Assembly: GCA_001600815.1 (NCBI GenBank)
Contig: BCKZ01000004.1
Coordinates: 868,001 to 892,528 of the forward strand
DNA length: 24,528 nt
Reading direction: 5' to 3'
Source: Alloascoidea hylecoeti
Taxonomy: Eukaryota
This document shows positions 13,422 through 23,161 of this stretch, piece after piece (position 1 is the first letter of the stretch; the number at the start of each line of letters is the position of its first letter). The notes under the pieces were generated by a model. It had not been told where the DNA came from, searched no databases, and saw nothing but the letters and a program-made list of their open reading frames with translations. The translations under genes were made by a program, and so were the position numbers.

Positions 13422-13430
13422 ATCACGTGA
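13422..13430. promoter_or_regulatory. ATCACGTGA E-box (Cbf1/bHLH-type site) in the TRA1 upstream region
   Basis: Matches the RTCACRTG consensus, ~170 bp upstream of the TRA1 ATG. Function is inferred. Confidence 0.45.
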
Positions 13431-13900
13431 AATACAAATCAGTTGTATTAGGGAGGCTTAAACCGGGTGAAAGCACACAAACCTTCCGGGACAGTTTATT
13501 AGAACTTATTTTGAATATAGAATTCAACATATCAAGTCTAAGAACGAGGAAGGGCCCTGATTGTAGTTAATTAAGTTATTAATTATAGTGTTTTCGATCC
13601 TTCAGAGGTCTTGCTATTGATTTCATTTTCATTTCCATTGTATCATTCCGTGTACTGAAATCTGAAATCCATTCAGAGCTTACTATTACATGATCAATAT
13701 ACTTATACATCTAGACTCTATAAGAGGGCACGCGTAGTATTACAATATTATTCATTAATTATAAGCTTGAAAAATGCATATACAATTACTAAAATGTGGG
13801 TAGTGTTAACTTTTGTATTAGTGTATAATTGTTCCTGTTATAAAGACTACCTTATCATATAGAGCACAAAACAATAATAAAACATAGTTTGTTGGATTGC

Positions 13901-14667
13901 TTATTTCTTTTTGGTAACACCTACAATTTTACCTCTTCTGCCAGTAGTCTTGGTGTGTTGACCTCTGACCTTCAATCCCCAGTGATGTCTTAAACCTCTA
14001 TGTGCTCTCATTTTCTTTAATCTTTCTAAATCGTCTCTCAATTTAGATTCCAGTTGATTAGCTAAAATATGTGAGTCTTTTCCATCAACAATATCTCTTT
14101 GACGATTCAAAAACCATGCAGGGATTTTATATTGGGTTGGGTTTTGCATGATAGTGACGATTCTTTCTAATTCTTCTTGAGTTAATTCACCAGCTCTCTT
14201 GCTAAGATCAACATCAGCCTTCTTGCAGACCAAGTTGGAATAACGACGACCTACACCTCTAATAGTGGTCAAAGCATACATGATTTTGATTCTACCATCA
14301 ACATTAGTATTGAGAAGACTGTAATATTATGTTAGTAAAACGATTTATAGATATTTCATGCCTATTTGACTTGGTAAAAGATTTTGAGAATTTAAATTGT
14401 TACATCGATTTAATATTTAAAAGCGGGTACTCATTCCAGGTTGCAATTTCGTTGATTTCATAATAATCCACAAAGATATTTATGGTGTTGGTTATCGATG
14501 ATTAATGTTCACTAATTTCTTGACAATATTTCGGTATATTTTGTGGATTTCTTTATATAATTTCACCTAAGAGTATCAAATACCAAGCCATCTAAAATCA
14601 TAAACTTATATTTCACATACCGTAAAATGTGTTGGAAATTACCTTGTTCTTGGACAACGAAAGACAT
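13901..14667 (-). CDS. RPS18: 40S ribosomal protein S18 (uS13); join(14667..14621,14318..13901), 154 aa
   Basis: The spliced protein [54 protein letters not shown]...[24 protein letters not shown] is characteristic uS13. Confidence 0.98.
14319..14620 (-). other. RPS18: RPS18 intron (302 nt, after coding nt 47)
   Basis: GTATGT donor at 14620, TACTAAC at 14337-14331, CAG acceptor ending 14319. CG+T restores Arg in frame. Confidence 0.95.
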
Positions 14668-14811
14668 TTTAACGTAGATTGTATAATGATATCTTTCAAA
14701 TATCCTATGTTTAGATGTTTTCCACCATAGTGTAGTGCTCAATAATACACACTCGTCCTGAAATATTCACGCTTTAAAATAAGTTAAAGCAATTTCCTTT
14801 TCAATCCATTT

Positions 14812-14819
14812 TGTGACTG
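14812..14819 (-). promoter_or_regulatory. Homol-D box (CAGTCACA) upstream of RPS18
   Basis: Exact CAGTCACA on the RPS18 coding strand ~145 bp upstream of the ATG. Homol-D is a known fungal ribosomal-protein promoter element. Confidence 0.6.
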
Positions 14820-15213
14820 CTTTTGACGAATGCGGAAAGTGCGGCGCGCATCGATTTTCTATTGATTGAGTTCATACTCATTGTTTAAATGGTTATACAT
14901 ATAGTTAAAATTCTTGAATATAATGAATCATTAATGGTCATCCTAACTTTCATAAGCCCGCAATCATATATGATACTACATGTCTAGAGTTGACTACATG
15001 TCCGATCGCTGTTTAATATAGGTCTAGAGTGAGTAGATTTAAATTCATGATTTATATTAAGCGCATGTGCTGATTGGTAATTATAAATTGATTAATTAAT
15101 TATAAGAGGAACAATTATAATCAATTTCAAAACATTAATATTGGTGATATTTAGCTGGAAGTATATATTTATTGCAATTGATCCGAAAATAGAAATTTAA
15201 AGGTTTGTGCAGC

Positions 15214-15711
15214 TCTAGATCTAGCTATAGTATAGATAACTCCCATACTAGTCAATGGGATGCAGATTTTGGAATTGATACTATATCAGGCTTTAGATAG
15301 AAGAAGTCAAATAGAACACCATTGAAATATCGTTGAGAACTTGAAGGGTGAATGCGATCTAACTTATAAGCTTTAAATTTAATTTCAAGATTGAAGATCT
15401 TGAGAATCTTTAAATTACCCGTTCAATGAATTTTCAGTTATATGTGGCAACAGCTAATGTCTCAGTCTCGGGATGGCATTTAAATTTGATCACGACTGGA
15501 TCGACGCTTTCGAACGCCAGTATTCAAGGGAGGTTTGTCACGTTCAATGATAAAAGTAATTATAATTTAATTGAAAGATCATGAATGAATGAATGAATGA
15601 AACTAAATGTAATCAATTGAAGGTTGATCTTCACAGTAGGATCGTCAAATTGATCCAAACTGCACGTAACCTCAGTCTTCCTCGGGACATCCCACTATAG
15701 CTAGATCTAGA
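15214..15711. mobile_element. ~498-bp non-coding segment bounded by perfect 18-bp inverted repeats; candidate MITE
   Basis: TCTAGATCTAGCTATAGT (15214-15231) is the exact reverse complement of ACTATAGCTAGATCTAGA (15694-15711). The ORF track lists nothing inside. Confidence 0.45.
15581..15601. repeat. (ATGA)5 microsatellite
   Basis: atgaatgaatgaatgaatgaa read directly. Confidence 0.85.
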
Positions 15712-15788
15712 TAAGTAGTAAGTACACTATTTTCGACCAATTGATAATAATAATTTATTGAATTTTTCATAATAGAAAAAAGTGACAG

Positions 15789-15810
15789 CCCCTTTTACAT
15801 AATTACCCCT
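15789..15810. promoter_or_regulatory. Two STRE-like CCCCT motifs upstream of glycogenin
   Basis: CCCCT at 15789-15793 and 15806-15810, ~200-220 bp upstream of the ATG. STREs are typical of yeast glycogen-metabolism promoters. The motif is short, so function is inferred. Confidence 0.4.
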
Positions 15811-16008
15811 AGGCCGGGTGCTATTGCCAGCAGCACACCAAGACGCACACTAATGCTAACCCTATTTGGTGTAGAGAACGTAATAAATAGTCTCAAATAT
15901 ACATGTATCTTGTGCACTGTTTGTATCAAACAAAAATCGCTTTATCTCCAATTGTTATTTTTTGAAACTTATTCTTCTCCTTTTTATCGCTCTGCAAATA
16001 TATTCAAC

Positions 16009-17420
16009 ATGACTAACGCGTTTCTGACGATTCTATTCACCCAATCTTATCTTCCAGGGGCCCTGGTTCTTGCTCATGCCCTTAGAGAATCCAAAACAAA
16101 ACACAAAATTGCTGTTCTTGTGGATCCTGAGTTGAGTTCCGAATCTGTCGAAAAGCTAAGAGTAAGTAATCAAGATCTTCCTGTCCACTCCTAAGGTCTC
16201 ATCCAAAGCCAAATGCTAACCAGTTTTAGGGTGTCTTTGATGATGTAATCCCAGTCTCAATTTTAGAAAATAAATCCTCAAAGGAATTGGTACTTTTAGG
16301 ACGTCCGGAACTCGCACCAACTTTCACCAAAATAAATGTTTGGAATCAAACGCAATATGAGAAAATTGTATTCTTAGACTCTGATACATTACCAATCAAA
16401 AACATAGATGAATTATTTGAGTTATCCGATGAATTTTCAGCTGCTCCTGATATTGGTTGGCCAGATATATTCAATTCTGGGGTTTTTGTAACAAAACCAA
16501 ACGTGAAGACATTTGCTGATTTAAAAAAGTTAGCAGTTGAAAATGAAAAGGGTCTTAATTCATTTGATGGTGGCGATCAAGGCTTGTTAAATCAATATTT
16601 CGAAAACAATTGGAATAGAATTTCATTTACTTATAATGTCACGCCATCAACAAGTTATCAATACGAACCTGCGTATAGAAGATATAGTAATGATATTCGG
16701 GTCCTTCATTTCATTGGTACACTTAAACCGTGGCAAACTACTTCTGAAATTACAAGTGCTTATAGCGAAGCATATAAAGACTTATTATCTAAATGGTGGG
16801 GAATTTTTAACAAGCACTATACACCAAATGATTTAATTGGAAAACCAAACACCAAACTCTTTGATGAAAAAAATGTAATTTCTCCAAGTACTTGGGATGC
16901 TACAAAGAGAGCCCCCCCAGTTGCTTCTAAAGGAGAGGCATATGCTTTAGATTTTGAAAAAATTGAGAATGTTTGGGATAATCCTGAAACCGCCAATGAA
17001 TCAGCAAATTTATTGAAAAAGTCACCCGATGAAGATGTTCCGCCACCATTATTTCCATGGGAATCTAGACCACATGCTAAAGCGGAGCGTGTTTTCTACG
17101 AAGATACACATTATGAATCTCATACTTCAGGTAGCGATGAGTTAGAAGAAAGTAGTGACGATAACAAAGATGAACCTAAAAAATCAAAGATTCGAAGGCA
17201 TCGACATAAATCATCTGCTTCGAAGGTTGTCAGTGAAGAATTAGGTGTTAGCTTACGCCCTAAATCAAAAGCTAACACTGTAACTAGTGTTGAAGCTGAA
17301 AATGAATGGAATCCCTCAGCACAATTAGAAAAGCTAGCTGAATTACCTTCGTTGCTATTTTCCAAGAAGGGAGAGGATAAAAAGGACGATGAGAGTGAAT
17401 CCAAAGATGAAAAGAAATGA
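16009..17420 (+). CDS. GLG: Glycogenin glucosyltransferase (GT8); join(16009..16161,16230..17420), 447 aa
   Basis: N-terminal SYLPGALVLAHAL, GRPELAPTFTKINVW, DxD motif FLDSD, AAPDIGWPDIFNSGVFV, SFDGGDQGLLN, YQYEPAY (autoglucosylation Tyr region), HFIGTLKPW, and the fungal C-terminal PLFPWE motif. Confidence 0.95.
16162..16229 (+). other. GLG: Glycogenin intron (68 nt, phase 0)
   Basis: GTAAGT donor at 16162, TGCTAAC at 16214-16220, TTTTAG acceptor ending 16229. Fuses the two ORF-track fragments in frame. Confidence 0.92.
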
Positions 17421-18812
17421 TTTTTATATAAAGTTTGATATTATGGTTATCTCGACGCTGTTTCTCCTTTTACTGATATGACCTTTTTACTGACTTTATT
17501 TCCCACTTGAAGCTTTTTATTAATGGAGAAGTATACTACTGATTATATTGCTTGTTTTAACGTTACAGATATGGTTACAAGCATACTCTAAATATATGCT
17601 TCTTTTATATAAATAATTATTTTCTATTCATACTACAATATTGATATTAATTTTGTTGTCAACTCTTTGAATGAAATTAAGTTTTTCCTTCATTTGTTTT
17701 TAGCTGTTTAATTTTAATGTTCATTCTTTAACTAGATTTATAAATATATAACATTCCATGGTCGATTTAATTAATGAATTTTTTTAACCTATTTGTATGT
17801 GGCTTCAAAACGAAGGTATTTTCATAGAATTTGATGTCTTTGTAACGTTAAAATGCATTACTACAACAGTCATTTCACTTAATTACAGCCACGCTGATTA
17901 CTGATTTTAGCCCATCCCATTATTACCGGTATGACCCTATAATAATATCCAAGATGGAAAGATTCCCTATACCAAACCATCCCAAGAATTAGTAGTAAGA
18001 GTGGCTTAGATTAGGTGAACCGTATATTTACAAGCTGGAAGTTGCCTTGAAGGTTTGAACTGATCTCTAGGTAATATTAAATTCACACATAAACACGCTT
18101 GAGTTTTGAAGCCCGTATGCTTTCAATCTTTATTTCCGTGTGTGTCCATTTAGAATAAATATTTTTTTCATTTTGTTGATCATGATCAAGTTCAAATCCA
18201 CCAAGCAAACTCTAAGCTTGTAAATGGATATACCACCGTGCCAATGGGATCTTTTTATGATTTACATATTTTATGGGTTTCAGCACTATTACTGGTTCCG
18301 TAAAATGGTACGATGACTTTGGCTACAGTGTGGCGAATATTAATGTAGGCTAACAGAGTTGCTGCAACAAAATTCCCCAAAAAAGGATTTATTTTCTTCG
18401 CAATGCCACAGAGCAATATAAGTCAAATATAGGATATAGATTCTTTCCATAGGTTTAAGAACAATGTTGTAATCTGCAAAAGTAAAACAGTTTTGGTTTG
18501 TAAGAAGAAAATTGCACTTTTGGTGCTAGAAAGTCTGTTCTTTGAATACCGTTAACAATGAAAAAATTAAGTCTAAAGGGAAACACATGGAAACAAAAAT
18601 TGAAAACTTATAGGTCAAATATCAAGACTCATAAGGCACGATACCACTATTTTCGTCTATTTTATGATATTTTTGTGAATTTACAAAAATATACGATAGT
18701 TTAGTTTTTGGAGGTCGTTACAGGTTGTATTAATCGATTAAACTTTCAATTTAGAAATTTTAATTCGGACCAAGTAAAACCAAGAGTGTATTTTAAATTT
18801 GAACCTTTTTAG

Positions 18813-19119
18813 ATGGCTACAATTACTAATATTGTTACAATTGAACATTCATACACATATAAGTTATATAAGCCTACTGAATGATATGTAATGCATATGT
18901 AGCAGTCTGTTCATGGACCACTGTAAACCACCAAATTTGAGTAAAAGACAAAATAAAAACTAAATTGTTTGGTCAGAATTTTTCTACAAGCGAGTAAATA
19001 CTGTTTTTAGTCCATTTATTTAGTGTTCGTAGTGGTCCATAATCAATGAACTTATGTGTATTTGATAGTATAATGTAAAACATAAAAGATTACAAAATAC
19101 TATTAACTGTAAATACCAT
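18813..19119. repeat. Degenerate long inverted repeat (~300-bp foldback)
   Basis: ATGGACCACT (18913-18922) pairs with AGTGGTCCAT (19031-19040). ATACACATATAAGTT (18851-18865) pairs with AACTTATGTGTAT (19049-19061) with a 2-nt bulge. Weaker pairing extends out to ~18813/19119. Confidence 0.5.
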
Positions 19120-19514
19120 AACTAACAACCGTATTTGAATTCATAATAACACTAACACTATGATATTAATATCTGACACATAAAGAAAAAAGGAAATGCC
19201 ATATAACTTATATATCAATTTATAACGTACTCAAAACTTTAAACAACTAATTTCGGTAAAACACAAAACATAATTCATAAAAATATAAAAGAGAGGGGAT
19301 CTTGCAATTGTACTTATACTTTAATAATGATGTGTCTACATCTCATAGATCAATAAGAATTCAAAGCAAGAAATTCGAGGACGCTCCATAGAAAATTATA
19401 ATTTAATTACTTTAAAATACAACTACTATTGAGGCTGCAATTGAAATCAATAATCAAAATCACACATTAACAGAAATAAAGGCACAAATAGTCACGACTC
19501 TTTAGAAATCATGA

Positions 19515-20567
19515 TTACTTCTCTTCATTCGATAAAGAGTTGTCAAGGCCCCCATAATTTGAACCTCTACCAAATTGAAAGTTTGTTCTTATTTGTTGTT
19601 GTGAGCGACCTTGGGTTTGCTGCTTATTTTGCTGAAGTGGTGTTTGTCGGAGTTGACCTCTACTCTGTAATTGAGCAGCGCCAGCATTAACTGAAACCGG
19701 CCCTGCAGGAGGCAGCATGGGAGATAGTTGTTGATGATTATTCCTGTTCGGTGCAGACGCGATATTTGTACCATTTAAAAGCGTATTTGGACTTGAATGA
19801 AATGTTTCTTTGCTTGAAAATGGTGCTTGAGTTGTTGATGTAGCGGATCTTTGGAAATCTTGAAAGTCATCAGGGCGACCTGTTGAATAATTTTGTAATG
19901 GAGCTGTAGAATTAGCATTTGGACGGAGTGGAGTTGCATATTGTGTTAAAGGTAATGGTTTTTGTTGATCCTGTGCATATTGGGATGAGATGGGAACTTG
20001 TTGATTCTTCGACTGAGCCATCGACTGATAAGCCTGTTGTTGTTGGATCTGAATTTGCTGATGCTGTTGTTGCTGAGATGTTCCAGCTCCGACACTGACA
20101 ACAACACCAAATGAACTTGGGTTTTTTGAAAACAATTCTTTAATCATATCGCGACATTGAACATCTGTAAATCTTTTACTAGTCACTTTAGTTAATTCAG
20201 TAGCTATAAACTTCCATTTTTCTTTTTCTCCTTTATCTAACAAAGACTGTAATCTAATTGTATCTTCATAACTCCAAGCGACAGCTCCACCACCTTGTTG
20301 TCCAATAAGTACTTGATATCTATTCCTAGCAGCTAGAAAATTCCCACATTTAACCTGTTCTGCGATCTCAACCCAAGACCTACCCTGTTTTTTTAAACTA
20401 AGAATTAAGTCATCTTGCTCTTTTGTATATTTTGACTTCTTCTTAATACGCTGGGGTGGTTGCACTACCAATGCATTAGGATGTGGTTGAGCAGTACATA
20501 AGGGGGGTATGGGAAGAGTCAGCTGGATAGAAGGGGTGCTTGTGTTTGCGTTTGAATTAATGTTCAT
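19515..20567 (-). CDS. Gln-rich tandem Myb/SANT-like putative transcription factor, resembling Candida adherence factor Aaf1/Adf1
   Basis: 350-aa ORF with Myb-like repeats (SKYTKEQDDLILSLKKQGRSWVEIAE...AARNRYQVL and WSYEDTIRL...EKWKFIATEL), then a Q/S/P-rich low-complexity tail. The AAF1 resemblance is from memory. Confidence 0.8.
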   Translation of the reverse strand: MNINSNANTSTPSIQLTLPIPPLCTAQPHPNALVVQPPQRIKKKSKYTKEQDDLILSLKKQGRSWVEIAEQVKCGNFLAARNRYQVLIGQQGGGAVAWSYEDTIRLQSLLDKGEKEKWKFIATELTKVTSKRFTDVQCRDMIKELFSKNPSSFGVVVSVGAGTSQQQQHQQIQIQQQQAYQSMAQSKNQQVPISSQYAQDQQKPLPLTQYATPLRPNANSTAPLQNYSTGRPDDFQDFQRSATSTTQAPFSSKETFHSSPNTLLNGTNIASAPNRNNHQQLSPMLPPAGPVSVNAGAAQLQSRGQLRQTPLQQNKQQTQGRSQQQIRTNFQFGRGSNYGGLDNSLSNEEK

Positions 20568-21994
20568 AATGGATAATACAGATTAAAGTCAAACTCAAGG
20601 AAGGTACTGAATTATTTTATAAGACTTCACTAGTAGTAAGCTTTAAGAAGCAAGTATAGGGGTAGTCGATGTTGAGGGAGGACCAAGCTCTGAAAAAGGC
20701 GACCGACCACCGAATTTTTAAAAAAAGAAAAAAAATGCATTGGAAGCTTCTGATTTGTCGCACCTGTTTCACAATAATAATTATTGCGCGGCTCTGCGAG
20801 GGAAAGAACAAAACATGGAGAAGACAGGCTAAATGCCATTTGAAATGTATCATTTCATGCCTCTTAGGTATGAGCTTTATTATTATATAACTCTTCAACT
20901 TTTCATCTTTGATTGGCTATATATAGAAGCTTACTATTAGCCGATTCGTACATGTCAAAGTTAATATTGAATGCAAATTCCAAAGGGATCGATATTACAA
21001 TGCCACAATTCTGTTTGTGATTTCAATTGAGATTTAATTAACAGCAGCCATATATTTCCAGCTAGTGATGAAATGATATAAGATTGTTATATGCATAAGA
21101 TCCATCCGATATATTTGCATACATAATAATAATAATGCTTATTACCGCTGAGAGGTGCCAAGGAGTGATTATGTAAGTTTTTCTAAATATAATTTAATTT
21201 TTAGGGAGACACCGCAATGATATGATTCTGTGACAATTCCAATTTGGGTAAGTGGTATGCATATTGGTTGGAAAAACTGTGGTTACCATGAAAAGGCCAT
21301 CGATCGCGATATAGAGCGCGTGTCACCACGAACTCGCAGATTTGTATATTTTGCTATCCAAATTGTAAACTCAATTCAATTATGAGTAATGAACACATTA
21401 GAAAATCAATGCATCTCCGGGGATTTTTGGCATGGCCATATGTTTGACGAGAAAAACTTGTCAAATTAGACCACCAAATGCGATTCGAAGAACAATATTC
21501 AAATAGCGCTTTGAGATAAATACATTTCATATGCATATGGACTAATACATCATACCCAAATACATAAAGAAATTTGAAATCAAAACCTTTAATTACATAT
21601 AACGTTAATTATAATTCACTCTCTCAATGACAAATACATGGTCCTACGTTTATGGTACATATAGGTAATTAGAAACGATAATATTTTGGGGTTGATGGTT
21701 GATAAATCATAAATAGATTCACCAGATATAGTTTAAAATAGTCTATACCATCTGATTTTACGTTTATTGCATATTTGCTATGATCTGATATAATATGTGT
21801 CTAACTCTGATCATTAATACTATAGACTGTTACTGAAGCATAATCCAAACTTTATTTGTTCAGATCTCTTCTTATTGTGCTTCAATTTATTGTTAATAGC
21901 ATATATTGGGAATATATGAGAGAGGTAATATAGATGTTAAATTTGTAACTAGTTGTAGAATCATCAACTTTATTTATTGGTTTATATTTCTGAA

Positions 21995-22954
21995 TTAAAC
22001 AATACCATTTATTCGGGACTGATTTATTTGCCAGTTCAGGTAGTTATTTATATTATTCTCGATGTTTGCATTTTCTGTTGGAGTTGTATTTGTTGTAGCA
22101 GTTTCCCTTCTTTTTTCTGTCCAACCTAAGTATAATGATTCAAAAACATTAACATTATGAATAATCATTTTGCCACTATATCCATCATCTTCTATTGGTG
22201 ACTCAGCTGGTGTTTCTTTACCGGGGTATTTAATACTAAATATGAGTATCTGGAGGGATAATAATATTAAATCATAGTAGATAAGAGCAGATCGTGGTTT
22301 TGGCTCTAGAAAAAAATGTTAGAGTGATCCTATCATAAACGGTTACTATAGTGAACTAAATATCTTACGTTCACCAATTATCTCTAGTGTTAGACCGCCG
22401 TGAAGGTAGCCTTGAGAAATCTCCGTGTCAGTCGTAATTTCCTGGCCCAATAAATGGGTCAAAATGCATCCTCCATTCACAAAAAACATGATAATTAAAA
22501 TTACTTTTTCATGAAATGGGTGGATTCTGGTAGCTGGTGGAACCGGTGCTGTTATAGACTATAATACAAGAAATTAGAGTTGCGATTCCAATGAAAAAGA
22601 TACTAAAATGCACTTGCAATTTGTCCTATAAACCGTAAAAACATCCAAAAGATCGAAGTGCTACAAACATATCACAGACATTAGTCACAATCTTATATTA
22701 TTTTTCCAAATGTTTCTATTCAGGAATAGCTTGAATACATACTCTGAGAAGTAAACTAATAATAAAAATGCATAAAATAGAGCAGTCAGACATAGTATTA
22801 ATCTCCTATTAAATTCTTCCCTTTTAATCTTCCGGACTTTATTCACTTGAGCCTTCAAATGTGGGTCAGTTATGGAGTAAGCAAGATTACTCGGGCTTTG
22901 AATGGAGTAACTGGTTGCTGGCTGTGATGAAGAACTTTCTGTGGCGGGGACCAT
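21995..22954 (-). CDS. DUF1746 membrane protein of the Dsc4/Vld1/Gld1 family (Dsc E3 ligase subunit); join(22954..22743,22660..22618,22558..22369,22305..21995), 251 aa
   Basis: The spliced frame gives LFYAFLLLVYFSDTSIFWMFLRFIGQ...NGGCILTHL...QGYLHGGLTLEIIGEQ...YDLILLSLQ...DGYSG, with several hydrophobic helices. GYLHGG..IG and DL..LQ are DUF1746 hallmarks. Exon lengths sum to 756 nt. Confidence 0.85.
22306..22368 (-). other. DUF1746 gene intron 3 (63 nt, phase 1)
   Basis: GTAAGA donor, CTCTAAC branch site, T-tract and TAG acceptor. C+AG gives Gln in frame. Confidence 0.85.
22559..22617 (-). other. DUF1746 gene intron 2, non-canonical GC-AG (59 nt, phase 0)
   Basis: GCAAGT donor, CTCTAAT branch-like site, TATAG acceptor. 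An intron here is needed to remove an in-frame TAG and reach the GYLHGG exon. Confidence 0.7.
22661..22742 (-). other. DUF1746 gene intron 1 (82 nt, phase 2)
   Basis: GTATGT donor, TGACTAAT branch-like site, TAG acceptor. GA+C gives Asp in YFSD. Confidence 0.85.
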
Positions 22955-23161
22955 TGGTATTCGGCTCAGGTTTTTTATATATTGCCATTGCAATTAATGA
23001 ACTTTCAAAAGGTTATGCGTGGGCGTATGGTGGTGGGAGCCTCCGGAGTCGTTTGATGCACATTATTAATCATTAACTCTTCGACTTCAGTCGTATTAAA
23101 AGAAAAAAGAAAACTTATAAAAATCGGCTTCATTTAATGTTTAATTTTCTTTCTTTCCGTA

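Noticed and set aside
13422..13560. ATCACGTG as CDEI of a point centromere
   Set aside because: No very AT-rich CDEII tract or CDEIII consensus follows. A promoter E-box is the simpler reading.
13540..13760. Possible snoRNA between RPS18 and TRA1
   Set aside because: Scattered CTGA and ACA motifs, but no convincing C box, terminal stem or guide that I could identify.
14975..15030. Short direct repeats ACTACATGTC x2 and GTCTAGAGT x2
   Set aside because: Too short. Compatible with local slippage or chance.
15853..16008. 52-codon in-frame N-terminal extension of glycogenin from ATG 15853
   Set aside because: Glycogenin homology starts at ATG 16009, which has a good context. The extension looks like promoter/UTR sequence.
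18176..18189. 14-bp perfect palindrome TTGATCATGATCAA
   Set aside because: Expected by chance in 24 kb of AT-rich DNA.
18280..18352. Peptide TGSVKWYDDFGY resembling a cold-shock domain start
   Set aside because: Very short frame bounded by stops, and the rest of the domain is absent.
20617..21536. Small ORFs upstream of the Myb-like gene
   Set aside because: They overlap on both strands, include A/T-run-derived sequence and show no recognisable domain. Probably promoter DNA.
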